A DNA stretch of 63,215 nucleotides, the filler included, from Folioceros fuciformis (lineage: Eukaryota), in NCBI GenBank assembly GCA_049999805.1. It is 10 parts of 10 records of this genome, joined end to end, with 100 filler letters (N's around TTAATTAATTAA, not from the genome) between each part and the next. Parts side by side here need not be neighbours in the genome. Positions count along the whole stretch, not along the records: positions 46,459 to 50,008 come from JBNGIO010003440.1; positions 50,109 to 53,704 come from JBNGIO010003441.1; positions 53,805 to 63,215 come from JBNGIO010003443.1; 7 more parts are not named here. The stretch is one strand, 5' to 3'. The position numbers and the translations under genes are program-made. How positions within the stretch are numbered: position 1 is the stretch's first letter; every line of letters starts with the position of its first letter. This document shows positions 49,908 through 63,215 of this stretch, in pieces. The notes beneath the pieces are model-generated. The model was not told the origin of the DNA. It saw only the letters and a list, made by a program, of their open reading frames with translations, and did not search any database.

Positions 49908-51904
49908 CGGGGCAGGGCGCTGGGCCGGGTCGGGACGGGCCTGACGGGCGCCATCTTTTCCTCCTCTTCCTCCTCCGAGAGGGAATGCGAGTGCGAGAGC
50001 GACTGCCGNNNNNNNNNNNNNNNNNNNNNNNNNNNNNNNNNNNNNNNNNNNNTTAATTAATTAANNNNNNNNNNNNNNNNNNNNNNNNNNNNNNNNNNNN
50101 NNNNNNNNCCCTTCCCTTCCCTCCCCATCCTCATTCCCATCCCAGGCCTCGTCCTCGTTCCGGTCCCAGCCAGGAGACCAGATTCCCTACCCGCGGATCT
50201 CCCTCCCCTCCACAAATTTCAGCGGAATGCAAGAACAAATCCTCACCGACTCCACCGCACACACGCCCAAGAGGAGAGAACACTCACTTGCGAAAAGCGC
50301 AGGTCCGTGGAATCCACCACAGCAACCTGCCGCCGATCCCGACACCCGGCTGTCAAAGGGGGAGCACCCCAAAGCTTCACGAGGCAGCGGCCGCGGCTGC
50401 GGGTGAGCGAGGCGCAAGGAATCTGGGGGCAAAGCGGCTTTCACTCCACCAGCTCCACCGAATTGCAGCGTACATTTGCGGAGCAGAGCACAGTGCAGTG
50501 CAGCACACCACAGCGCAGCGGCGAGGGAGCAGAGAAAGGCAGGCAACAACGAGGGAGCAAGAGAAGCGGCAGCAGCTAGAAGCAGCCCAGCGACAGCAAG
50601 CGGGCCGAGCTCCTGCGATGACAAAAGACAAGCTCAAACAATAGCGAAGAAAAGGAGGATGTAGCCGTGGGGTGCGCCAGGCCGGGTCGGGCCGGGTCCG
50701 GGTCCCGGTCCTAGCCCTGACCCCTGCAGGGTCCGTGGTTACCCTGGCCCGACCAGGGGTTAACCCCTCCCCGGGCGAGTTATCTGAACCCGATACGGCC
50801 CCGCACTTATACAGATCGAGGCCTTATATAATCGCGAAATGTTGCAGGGCCGACGTGGAGCCATCCAACCCCTCCATCTCCTCTGTCGCCGACAACCGGT
50901 CGCTGGTCCGGCCGACTGGAGCCGACCCGCCGGTCGCCTCTCGGCGAAAATATCGGGCGGATATTTCCGGTAGGCGCGGCGAAAGGACCGGCATTAGGGA
51001 GTGCGTATATAGCCGAGCATTAGCCGGCGGCGATATTATTCCGCCAGCCAGGTGGTGCGTACACGTGGTGACGAGGCTCGGGGCCGCGCCACGGATAGTA
51101 TGCACATCAACTCTGGTCAGGGCAGAAGCAATCATGATGGGTTGGGCTGGGTTCTGGCTAGCCGGGTTGGGTTCTGGCTGAGGGTTGGATTTTGCGGCAC
51201 CCAATTATACTGCCTGGACTGCCCACTGCCAAGCCTGGCGAAATGATCGGGATCTAAAATATCCCGATACTGCGTTCACACGGGGAAGGGCAGGGAGCCC
51301 TGTCCCGTCCCGTCGCCACCCCGCGGCACGCGCATGCTGCAGGTCACAACAACCGGGGGCAGGCGGTATCCAATCACCGGCTCTCGCCGGTCACAGGCGG
51401 GGGCCCAGCAGGGTGAGGTGCCTGCCTGGCCTGTTCCTACTATTCTGTATTTGGGAAGGGGCTCGCGAGGTGGGCCCCATGAGAGACGGGCGGGCGGCTG
51501 CACCGCCCGATCTGCTCCCATCCGACCGTGCTGCCTGCTCCACGTGATGAAAATATGGCCGGATCCTCCACAAATTTGGCAAACCTGTCACAAACCGTCT
51601 TCCCCCGCCGGGGTTAGGCTAACCGGGACTGAACCNNNNNNNNNNNNNNNNNNNNNNNNNNNNNNNNNNNNNNNNNNNNNNNNNNNNNNNNNNNNNNNNN
51701 NNNNNNNNNNNNNNNNNNNNNNNNNNNNNNNNNNNCCACTACACCCACCCTCCGTCTTGGACCCGGAATCTGTAGACCCCAAGTTACACTTCCTCCTTCT
51801 CCCCGCCTTGCCTTGCGTTGCTTCCCAGCCAATGTTCACGTTATCTATCATGGTCTAGGTACAAGATTGTGTGTGATTTCCCTTTCCCTAGAGCTTGCTT
51901 GTTC

Positions 51905-52082
51905 GAGCAAGAGTATTTCGCTTGTACACAAAAGGATAAACAATCCATCGAATCTGATTGCTTGTTTGAGCAAGAGTGTTTCGCTTGTACAAAAAAGGAT
52001 AAACAATCCATCGAATCCGATTGGTCGAGCCAGAGTGTTTTCCTTGTACAGAAAAGATAAACAATCCATCGAATCCGATTGG
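51905..52082. repeat. ~60-63-bp tandem repeat, 3 copies
   Basis: GAGCAAGAGT.TTTCGCTTGTACA.AAAAGGATAAACAATCCATCGAATC.GATTG at 51905, 51968 and 52027. Confidence 0.88.
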
Positions 52083-53534
52083 GCGAAGATGCTGCAAGTC
52101 TGGAGTGGGTGAAGGAGGAACGCAGCTTTCTGCCCTTATCCGGGACGAGGATGAGGACGACGAGGATGAGGACAAGGACGAGAAGGAGGAGGAGGAGGAA
52201 GAAGAAGGTGAGTTAAACTCTTGGGGAAGCTGAGTGTGTCAGAGGTTGGTATATTCGTACCCCAATCATACAATGCTCAAGTATCACACCTTCATCGCTG
52301 CTGACAAGTACGGGCAAAGATCTGTGAGACGATAGCGAAGGTGTGGGTACTTTGGGTGGTGCTCTTTTGACGTGTAACCACCAGCACCACATGAGGCACG
52401 ATGGAAGGGCAGGGCAAGGCAGGCAGCCCCAGCAGATATCTTGCTTTATTTCACTTTACGCGTTTCCTTTCCTCTCCTTTCCTGACACTCCAAAGGTGCA
52501 GGTACTGGTGTTCCAGAGCATAACAGAGCAGAACAGAGCAGCCGAGCTCAACAACTAACATGTACTTGGCTTCATGTGTGCACGGTGTGATGCTTGTGTT
52601 GTTTGCCTCTGCGCCATGCTTGTACAACTCTGCCCACACAAGCACCATGTAATCTACTCTTTTGGGCAAAGTGAGTCACACTTCATGCACAAACTTTGAT
52701 CTTCTAGCATGCTCTTCTTCTTGCTTTCATAACTAGCATTCTACTTGTGTTGTGCATTACATTACATTACAATAGATCTAGGATTAGGAATGATGAGATC
52801 AATGATCGTTGTTTAACTATATGATAAATTGTATTGGTAAAAAGTAGTTGACATAAGCAAAAGCAATTCATTCAATAGAACATCGGATTCACAATGCTAA
52901 TCAAACATGGTACTACCCTAAATCTCATGACAAAAACTTTAATAAAAAAAGGAAAAAAAGAGACTCAAGAAACTAGGTAATTTAGGTACACTATATTTGA
53001 GCATCTACGGATCCGTATTAGTTGGTGACGCCAACACAAAATCTCACAAATTTCAAGCATGTATGTACCTGATGATGACGGACGACACAAAATTCCACAA
53101 AATTTGAAAATAGAAGCAACAAAAACCAAAAACACTAGATGTCACCATGTGTGCCAACTAAACTATCTTGTGTGAAGGAATATACTGCATGTGATATTAT
53201 AAAATAATAAAAGTGAAAATAATCCAAAATTGCATTGTTCACATCATTAGTTTCGTCATGCAGGAGATTATGGAGCATGGAATCTTAACTTTAAAAACAT
53301 ATCACAAAATATCACCATTGAATCTTGGTTTGAGGTTGAGGTTGAGGTTGAGGTTGGGGAGGGAGAATCGGGAGCGCATGCTCGGGGACAGGGTCCCGAC
53401 GGGCAAGGGCGAAGGGAAGGGAACGGGCACTCCTCCCATACTCCATATGCTCTGGATGCTCCACGTTCCCGACTTTTTAATCATATGTTTAGACTGAAGC
53501 AAATCATGTTGGGCATAGCAGCCCACAAGCAAGC

Positions 53535-53617
53535 AATGGAAGCAATCGAAGGTGTGGGAGCTATGGAAGTAATGGAAGCAATGGAAGCAATGGAAGCAAT
53601 GGAAGCAATGGAAGCAA
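53535..53617. repeat. (ATGGAAGCA)n 9-bp minisatellite
   Basis: Several perfect copies at 53572-53617 plus degenerate upstream copies. Confidence 0.85.
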
Positions 53618-53885
53618 GGTGAGATGTGGATCCACGCAAGGAGGGAAAGGGGGCCCGAGCCCGGGCCCAGTGACCGACATGAATGGTGTGTGTACTTGGG
53701 TAGCNNNNNNNNNNNNNNNNNNNNNNNNNNNNNNNNNNNNNNNNNNNNTTAATTAATTAANNNNNNNNNNNNNNNNNNNNNNNNNNNNNNNNNNNNNNNN
53801 NNNNCCTCCTTTTTGGGAAGTTCTCGCTGGGAAAGGCGCGTGCCAGATGCTTTTTCAGCCTCACGCCCGTGTCGTTTGGGTGCAG

Positions 53886-55573
<1,688 letters not shown>

Positions 55574-56982
55574 CCGTCGGAACATGCGTCTCCCTCGATC
55601 CTGGTCCTCTGATGGACGAAGATGCGGTCCTTGTTCCAGTACAACTCGTTTTCCGTGTCAGCCACAGATTTTTCGTGCCGACAAAGTAAGTTTATTCCCG
55701 ATTGCGCATCATCTTCCTCAGCAGAAACATCTAAAGAGAATCGGAAGACAAAATCCATCCCGTCACAGAACCCTCAACTTGACCGCAAGCAAGCAACTTT
55801 ACTCTCCAGTCATCGATCACTCACGCCTGGCTCTGTCTAGATACATTCCGAGCTTAGGAGGGTCACACGAGGATTACTGTTACCACGGCCCAGAAACACG
55901 CGCAAGGTCCCTTATCGACAACGATGGCCAGCCTGGGGCTGACATTAAAGCTGTCACGTGCATTGGACATCGTGCCCTCTTAGCCCACTCGGGAGCTTCC
56001 AGGAAGCAGAGTGCGGCGTAGACTATGTCGTGCCCCCCGGACCCCTGCCTATCCTGGATACGCATTGGGCGAGTGTGGAAATCCGCGTCATCATGGCGGC
56101 TGGCCCAGCACGAGTAGCTGTCCAGCCCATTAATAAAGATGTACATATGTCCACTGTCTTGAGGGTAAAGCGACAGATACGGCGTTGCGCGAGGATACAG
56201 TCTTGCTCCCACTGACATCCGCACATGGGAGCATTTGAAAACGTACGCACACTACTGAGTACCACGGTCGTGTGAAGGTGGTGAGGACCTGCTCCCCGTC
56301 CCGGTCCTGAACCGCAGATTATGCAAGGAAGGATTCAAAAACACACAAACAAATCGTACTCAGTGCGAATGGGTGACGGAGAGTGGCTTGATTTGCAGCT
56401 GGGCAGCACTACAGGCTGAAATGTTATCCTTCGGAATCTTCCAAGATGACCGTTGATGGAAAGCTTACGGGGTTGTTGTGATGAGCACATCCGGCTCGAT
56501 TTGTGATTAGAGATTTACTGGATCAAGGAAGGAGTATTTTATACGCAAGCGCTGTAAGTAAAGGTTCCGGGTTCTCGGGGCAAGTTGGGCCGAGCCAGCA
56601 GAGCGAAATTCTCAAAAAGCACGGAAATCCCGCTGAAAGGGGCCTAAAATAAGATCTGCGTTGGCATGGGAGACCGCCTGGCTCTCCCTCCCAAATTGCG
56701 CGTCGCGTCACATGGAATGGGCTCACACTTGAGGGGAGCCGCCGAACATGCAGGCTCCATCCAACGCTGTTCGAATGTGGTGGACGAGGCCGGGTATTCT
56801 TGTCCGTCTTGTGCGGGCGGAGTATGTGAATTTTTGAATCGTGAAATACTGGGATTCCTTCTGACGAATCGAGGTTGGGATAGGGAGAATGGAGTGAAGG
56901 TTTTGATGCCGGCAGCCATCCTGCTCGGGTAGGAGAGGAAGGAAAGAGCGCTCACCAGCCGCTTGTCGGATCCGCAGGAGGG

Positions 56983-59900
56983 ATGGGCAGGCTCGTCGTC
57001 CCCGGCCTGTTGTTGTGTCTAGTGCTCCTCACCAGCTTCGTATCGAGCAGCCACGCTACGTTGGCAGAAGGTGGGAGGGGGGTCAAAACTAGTGCGGGAT
57101 GCGTGCCAGTTTGAATGCGTTCCTGGCCAGGGAGCTCTTGGGCTAAGCTTATCTTGTTTGATCGGCAGGTGGTACTTTGATTTCGATTCTCAATCAATGG
57201 CAGGCGGTCTCGTTCCCTACGTGGGTGCCTGGCACGGATCCCTGCCAGCCGCCGGTCTGGGAGAACGTGACCTGCGACCAGACTGGATTCGTCGTAGAGC
57301 TGTAACGAACGCTTGCCTTGCCTTGATAGGAGAGGCTTGCCGCGCTGGTCATTGGGTTCGTCGGTGGTTCGTGGATTGCAGATTGGTGATTGGGTGTTTG
57401 TTGGGCTGTCGGGGAAATGTGCAGGAATATTAGTAACAGGAATATTATAGGTCCGCTGCCGCCGCAGATTGGCGACTTGGTACATCTGGAAGTGCTGGAT
57501 GTGAGCAACCTTGGGGGCAACCTTGGCAGAAATCTCACCAACAAGAACCAGTTCACAGGGGGCATTCCAGACGCGCTTTCCAAGCTCACGGCTCTCAAGG
57601 CGCTGTGAGACCCTTTCGTTTCATTCCAGCATACTCTCTGGTTGTAGCTCCTGGAGTAGCCTAGGGGGCGGAATCATCGGGATCTGAACTTGTGAGGGAT
57701 ATCGATCCGTGCAAATGCATCGCAGGAATCTGAGTACTATCGGCTGGAACAGTAGCTTTCCGCAATGGATCCCCACTCTTACCAACCTGGAGGAGATGTG
57801 AGTTCCAGTCTTCACTTTGTTAATACGATACTGATTTCTGGTGGCTGCCTGTGCAGATTGCATCTGATGCTACCTAGCGCTGATTTTGTGTTGACAGTGC
57901 ATTCCCACCATGTGTGCAGCTTCATCAGTGAGGCGAACTTAGTCGGACCCCTGCCGCCCAAGCTTTTCACGGATCTCAAGAAGCTGCGACATTTGTGAGC
58001 ATTATCCCGCGCGANNNNNNNNNNNNNNNNNNNNNNNNNNNNNNNNNNNNNNNNNNNNNNNNNNNNNNNNNNNNNNNNNNNNNNNNNNNNNNNNNNNNNN
58101 NNNNNNNNNNNNNNTTACTGAACTGTATGTCAACCCTCCTGCTATTGTTCATCTGCTTTCCGTGACGATTTCGCCTCGGATCAACTTGAAATTTCTGTTT
58201 TCTCCCAGGACTTTTTGGGGCAACAATCTGAACCAAACAATTCCTCCAGAGTTTGGTAACCTCACGCAATTGACGTACCTGTAAGCTCCGGGCTCTGCAG
58301 CAACAGGTCTCTGGTTAAAAGTCATATTTGTTTCGATCAGTCTTAGTCTGACTGCTGCATGCAACCCGGATCTCCGACCACTTGCAGGAACTTGCACGAT
58401 ACGTCTCTATTCGGCGCTCTCCCAGATTCCTTCGGCAATCTCGTTAGGTTGGATACCCTGTAAGTGAATGTCACGGCGTTTCGTGTTGTGCAATCACCAC
58501 TAGCGCATTAATTTGGTTGGTTCAGTCTGGACTGGAATCAAGGGACAGTTTGTGAGCAGTCCGTTCTCAACGCAGGCAGCTGTACAACAACCTGTTCACG
58601 GGACGCATTCCCGAATCTTGGAGGGCATTGAAAAAATTGATGCAATTGTGAGTTATTCCCGGCAACCTATGCGGGGCTGATGCCCTGTCTTGCATCAACT
58701 CTTTTTTGGTGTGAGTTGCGCTAAGCTCTAGAGGATCTCTGTCGTGGACACACATGTGCAGGCGCATGGATTCCAATTACTTCACTGAAGAATTCCCGTT
58801 GTGGTTGCTCACAGACTTGCCAGGCCTACTATACCTGTAAGCATGGTCACTGCAGTTCCCCGTCATTGCACGTCACTGGGCAGCCCTGATGATTACTGCC
58901 TGAACCCTGTTTCTTCATTTGCTTGCGATCTCCTGCAGAATGCTCAGTGGTAGCAACTTTTATGGCCGTATGCCCGACCCAGATCTGTTTAACAAGTTTC
59001 AAGATCTGTGAGCTGTTCAGCCCCTGCCACCGATCGCAAGTTGGCTTTATTGTAGACTTCCGTTGCCGGAATGATCTCAGCTTTTGGGGGTTTTTTTATC
59101 ATGCAGGCGTCTCGACTGCAATTACTTCAACGGCACCGATCCCTTCCCGAACAAGTGCGTGCATCTTTCGGCAGTTGCCTCATGTTTCCAGGCTAAATTT
59201 CAGTGTGCTGTGTGCAAGCTCGTCGAAGTAATCCATCTGAGCGTGCTTTCTGTGACTCTTGGCAGTTCGTCTACTTATAAGTACCGCACCAAGTATAATT
59301 GTTACGATGGAGCTTCCGCATCCGACCTGAAGAAAATAACTGGACAGTGCAAGAAGACACTGGACTGCGCGACGTTTCGAGCCGACGTCATTTTGGGCGG
59401 CCAGTGTGCTCCTTGCCCTCCGTATCAGTATGTCAGAAAAGGGAATCCCATTACCAATCCATGCGTCTGTGGTTATGGAGGAGGTAACGCGCAATCGCTC
59501 AGCTTTTCTAGTTCTCCTGTTCTCCGAACTCCTGATTGGACCATTGCTGCAGAGCTACTAGCTGACCCGTGAACATGCCATCTCTTAGGCCCGAAACATC
59601 CGAGCAAGGGAGTGCCAGTTGGTGCTGTGGTCGGCGGTATCCTGGGATTGCTTGCCGTCTTCGTCGTCGTTGTGGGTTACATTCTGTGGAAGCGCCGGGA
59701 GCATTTCGCATTCCTAGACAGATTCAAAGTGAAAAAGGAGGAAGGTCGGCAACCTATTTTGCTGCTGCCCCTAGCTAAATCATGTTGGTTCGTCGCAGTC
59801 CTCTAATCTGTTCGGATCTGTTGTGGAACAGTTCTCGGTGACTGGGAGATTCCTGCAGGCGTACAGAGGTTCAGTGCTGAGGAACTTGCCAAAATCACAG

Positions 59901-61456
59901 ACAATTTCAATGATTCTCACGTTATCGGTGCCGGCGGGTTTGGCAAAGTCTTTTTTGGGCAACTGGATGACGGCAGGACCGTGGCCATCAAGTGTGCTTC
60001 TCTCACGAGCTTGCAGGGAGCTACGGAATTTAGGAACGAAATTACATTGCTAAGTAGGTTGCACCATCGTCACCTTGTCCGACTGGAAGGTTTCTGTGAC
60101 GAGGCAGACCTTCAGGTGAGCCTTCTTGGCTATGTTGCACTCCCGTTTGCACGTGTTCGCAGATGATTTCAGTTCCTGACATTACCACGCTTGCGTGGTG
60201 CAGGTGCTGGTTTACGAGTTTATGAAAAAGGGCAACCTGCACTCCCATCTTCTCGGTCGGTCAAAGTGCAGGGGTCATTGACACAATTGTTTGTTTTTGA
60301 CGCAGTCTCATTGTTCCTAACGTCTAGCTGTGATGCAGGCAAGATTACCAGTACACCTCTTCATTGGTATAAAAGGTTGGAGATCGCTGTCGGAGTTGCT
60401 CAAGGCCTGGAATACCTCCATTCTTTTGCGGTACATCTGACTTACCTTTCTAGATGAAAAGAGCTGGCATAAGGTTAGTAAGTGCAAATCTTATCCAATA
60501 ATGTGTCCTTCTGTGTGTTCTGCGGTGCAGGATCCTCCTGTAATCCACAGGGATGTGAAACCTAGCAACATCTTGCTGGATGACAACATGGTTGCCAAGC
60601 TTGCTGATTTTGGGATCTCCAAGGCCACGGCTGAGTTTGACACCCATGTCTCAACCAAACCAGCTGGCACTGCAGGGTATGCGTTTAGACACATTCCTAT
60701 GTGGGCAAGGGTGTGCCACCTGGAAGAGATGCATGACGTCTGGCTGTGTTGCAGGTATTTGGACCCTGAGTATTTCTTGAGGCGGCAGCTGACGACAGCT
60801 AGTGATGTGTATGCTTTTGGAGTGGTATTGCTGGAGCTGGTGACTGGTCAGGAGGCGATCGACCATAAAAGACACGAAGAGTATAACCTGATTGAGTGGG
60901 TGAGTGGCAGATGGCAGTGAAAGAGTAACCTTTTGTTCGAATTTTGTCTCTGTCAGCTTGATCCAAACTTACAATGGGGTTCATTCTTCTGAACAGGTAA
61001 GAAAACGCTACAAAACTGGGGGAATAGTCTCCATCATCGACCCATTAATCGAGTATGAATATTCAAAGGACGCTTACTGTGCAATGACTGAGCTTGCTCT
61101 TGCCTGCACCACATTCAACAAGGACGAAAGGCCAAACATGAAGGTGTGTGTGAGTGGTTGTCTATTGCTTTGCTTGGATACCGAGGGAGTGATGGCCACG
61201 GACTGCTTCCATTCATCATTCTGGTGCATCTGCCTTGCAGACTGTACTATCTACGTTGGAGCCACATTTGGCCATCCAGTCACTGTATGGTCCAAGCTCC
61301 ATTAGAGAGAAAGGGGAGAGGAAGGAGGAGGAAGTAGAACCCACGCCCCAGCATCGTGGAGTGTACATCACCTTCGATCCCGAGTATCTCGACACAAGTG
61401 TCCCGACGGAGGTACACAACATGAAAATGGTGGCTGAGAATCTGGGACCAAGATGA
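56983..61456 (+). CDS. Leucine-rich repeat receptor-like kinase (signal peptide, LRRNT, mostly one LRR per exon, Cys-rich juxtamembrane, TM, RD kinase)
   Basis: [51 protein letters not shown] exons ([54 protein letters not shown]); [29 protein letters not shown]; full kinase; ends NLGPR*. An N gap at 58015-58114 may hide an exon. Confidence 0.92.
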
Positions 61457-62139
61457 TCAGGGAAGACTTCGATAAAACAAACCACGATGACGGGATTGTC
61501 ATCTGGCGAAGCGAGGGCCTGCCTGAATGCGTGCAAGCTACATGCGTCGAGGTTGTCACAAATTGGACTCTGCAAGGGAACCCGAAAGATCGAGCTTGTC
61601 CATAGAAATGGGTACGTTCTCGGAAAGCTATGCAATGAGAGTTTCCGACCTATTCTTTGTCCTGAGGCATGTACTAGTCGTGAGTGTATAGTAGGTTGTA
61701 AAGTTTTGCGAGCTGCAGCACTGATAGCAGTGAACAGGCCTGTGATGGGTATTTCTGTTCAAGCCTGCAGCTTAATGATTGTACGGTATGGCTGTAAGCA
61801 TGGACGTGGGGGCTGAGACTCATCTTTGTTCCTGTAACAACTCTAGATGCTTGGGCTCTCTTGTAATAGCCGATTTAGGTGGACAATTCTTGAGCAAGTT
61901 AGATCAGCTGCTTATCTCACGTCGAAGCAACAGACGAAAGATCGGCACGCTTCGCCACCCTCTGTCGTGGGCCAGCGCAGTCGCTCTCGCCCCTCCTTCT
62001 CCCAGTCCAAACCCTACAGCCTGCGAGGTAATCGGCTGGGATTGTTCCGCTCCTTTTTCCTGGGTACCCGACTTTTCATTCTTTTTTACAATGAAACGTC
62101 CTGTTGACTGAGGTAACCACGGGAGAGGAGCCACTTGGC

Positions 62140-62790
62140 CCAGAGCCAAGCGGCTTTTCTCCCCATTCAGGGCCTTCAGTTGAAGAAATAGTGGATCGTC
62201 CCCGTTCTCAAACCTGGAAGGACGACACGACTACGTACCAGATGTACCTTCAATGGCAGAAAATTTCCAATGAGAAAAGTGCGTATGCAGAACATTCTAT
62301 CACAGAACTCCTGTCAAACATGTGTCGGTACATTGTGCTGTTGTTTACATCAGATGCTGCAGCCTTCTACAGAGCGCAACTCCCGTGGTCGAGGCAGCAG
62401 CATACTTGGATTTGTCTTCAAGTCTGCAATCACGCGGACTGTCTCGCCCTTCCACGCGTGCCACACGCGATTGCTGCACCACCTTGCTGGTGACGAAGGG
62501 CACCGTCATGATCCTGCGCATCATCCTCCAGTGCTCCCCATAGACTGTGAACGCCATGTCCTCTCATCGACATTCAAGAACTTGTATAATTCATGTGCTA
62601 AAACTGCGACCGCGACTAGGAAGCACGAGCCAGATCCACTGTTATCTCCTGGGTAAGGAAAACTGCGTTGGCAAGTTTAGGAGAGGATATCACCACCACA
62701 TTTCTCTGTTCTTCCCGAGCAAGCGGAAGTCGCCCTATTTCTTCGCCAGCCGCCAAGCTGCTATTGTTCAAATCGTACCTCTCGTCCCCC
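62140..62790 (-). pseudogene. CYP73: Cinnamate 4-hydroxylase (CYP73) pseudogene fragment
   Basis: DLNNSSLA...QRNVVVISSPKLANAVFLTQ, DMAFTVYGEHWRMMRRIMTVPFVTSKVVQQ, GVALCRRLQHLM* and RFENGDDPLFLQLKALNGEKSRLA match the N-terminal half of C4H; frameshifts and stops are present and no heme-binding half is seen. Confidence 0.88.
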
Positions 62791-63215
62791 TCCCCACATC
62801 TCCTGTAATAATTATTTTTCGTTTTTAAATTATTTATTCTGCACCCTGCTGTGCGGAGCATATTCACTTTTGAATCCTTTCTTTTTCCACTCCTTTTCAT
62901 TTTAATCTTTGTTTTTTCACTCGGTCGTTAGCCTTTTTTTTAATTCTTTTTTTCTCACTTCACCTCATGGCGGCCAGCAACTCGTTTTTGAATCTTCTTT
63001 TCCACCCTGTTTTATGGCAGCCATGAGTTCTTCTTAATCCTTTCTTTTGCGTCTTACCCTGCTAAGGCCATGACTCTTTTTTGAATCCATTCTTCTTGCC
63101 TTATGGTGGCCATGTCTCCTTTTTGAAGCTTTTCTGCCTTATGATGGCCATGTCTTCTTTTTCAAGCTTTTCTGCCCTACTATGGCTATGACTCCCTTTT
63201 GAAGCTGTTCTGCCT

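Noticed and set aside
48600-51635. GC-rich region with poly-Gln ORFs and local palindromes (possible MITE or gene)
   Set aside because: No terminal inverted repeat pair, TSD or domain could be established; (CAG)n and (GGCCA)n explain the ORFs.

Overview
Eukaryotic, intron-rich nuclear DNA from a plant. Short ~90-110 bp GT-AG introns, PLS-class PPRs, LRR-RLKs and a CYP73 relic sit alongside genes I do not associate with angiosperms, so a seed-free land plant (hornwort/fern/lycophyte-like) is inferred, not proven. The window is NOT one contiguous locus. Nine artificial 100-bp spacers (N44-TTAATTAATTAA-N44) join ten separate scaffold pieces. Recognisable genes: archaeal-type cofactor-independent phosphoglycerate mutase, a DUF1279/FAM210-like protein, a PLS-E+ PPR protein plus a decayed neighbour, a GT49 (LARGE/B4GAT1-like) glycosyltransferase, a partial GT77-type glycosyltransferase, two tandem receptor kinases and a CYP73 (C4H) pseudogene. 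The most striking part is an ultra-compact four-gene block at 31.7-38.4 kb on a single scaffold. It holds a bacterial-looking SMUG1 uracil-DNA glycosylase, an orphan type-I membrane protein with a Frizzled-CRD-like cysteine pattern, a cyanobacterial-type M23 peptidoglycan peptidase and an ERI1-like exonuclease, arranged as two head-to-head pairs with start codons only ~80 bp apart. An intron-containing IS3EU-like DDE transposase cut by a Copia LTR insertion and several tandem repeats are also present. All family calls come from motif recognition by eye; no database search was run.
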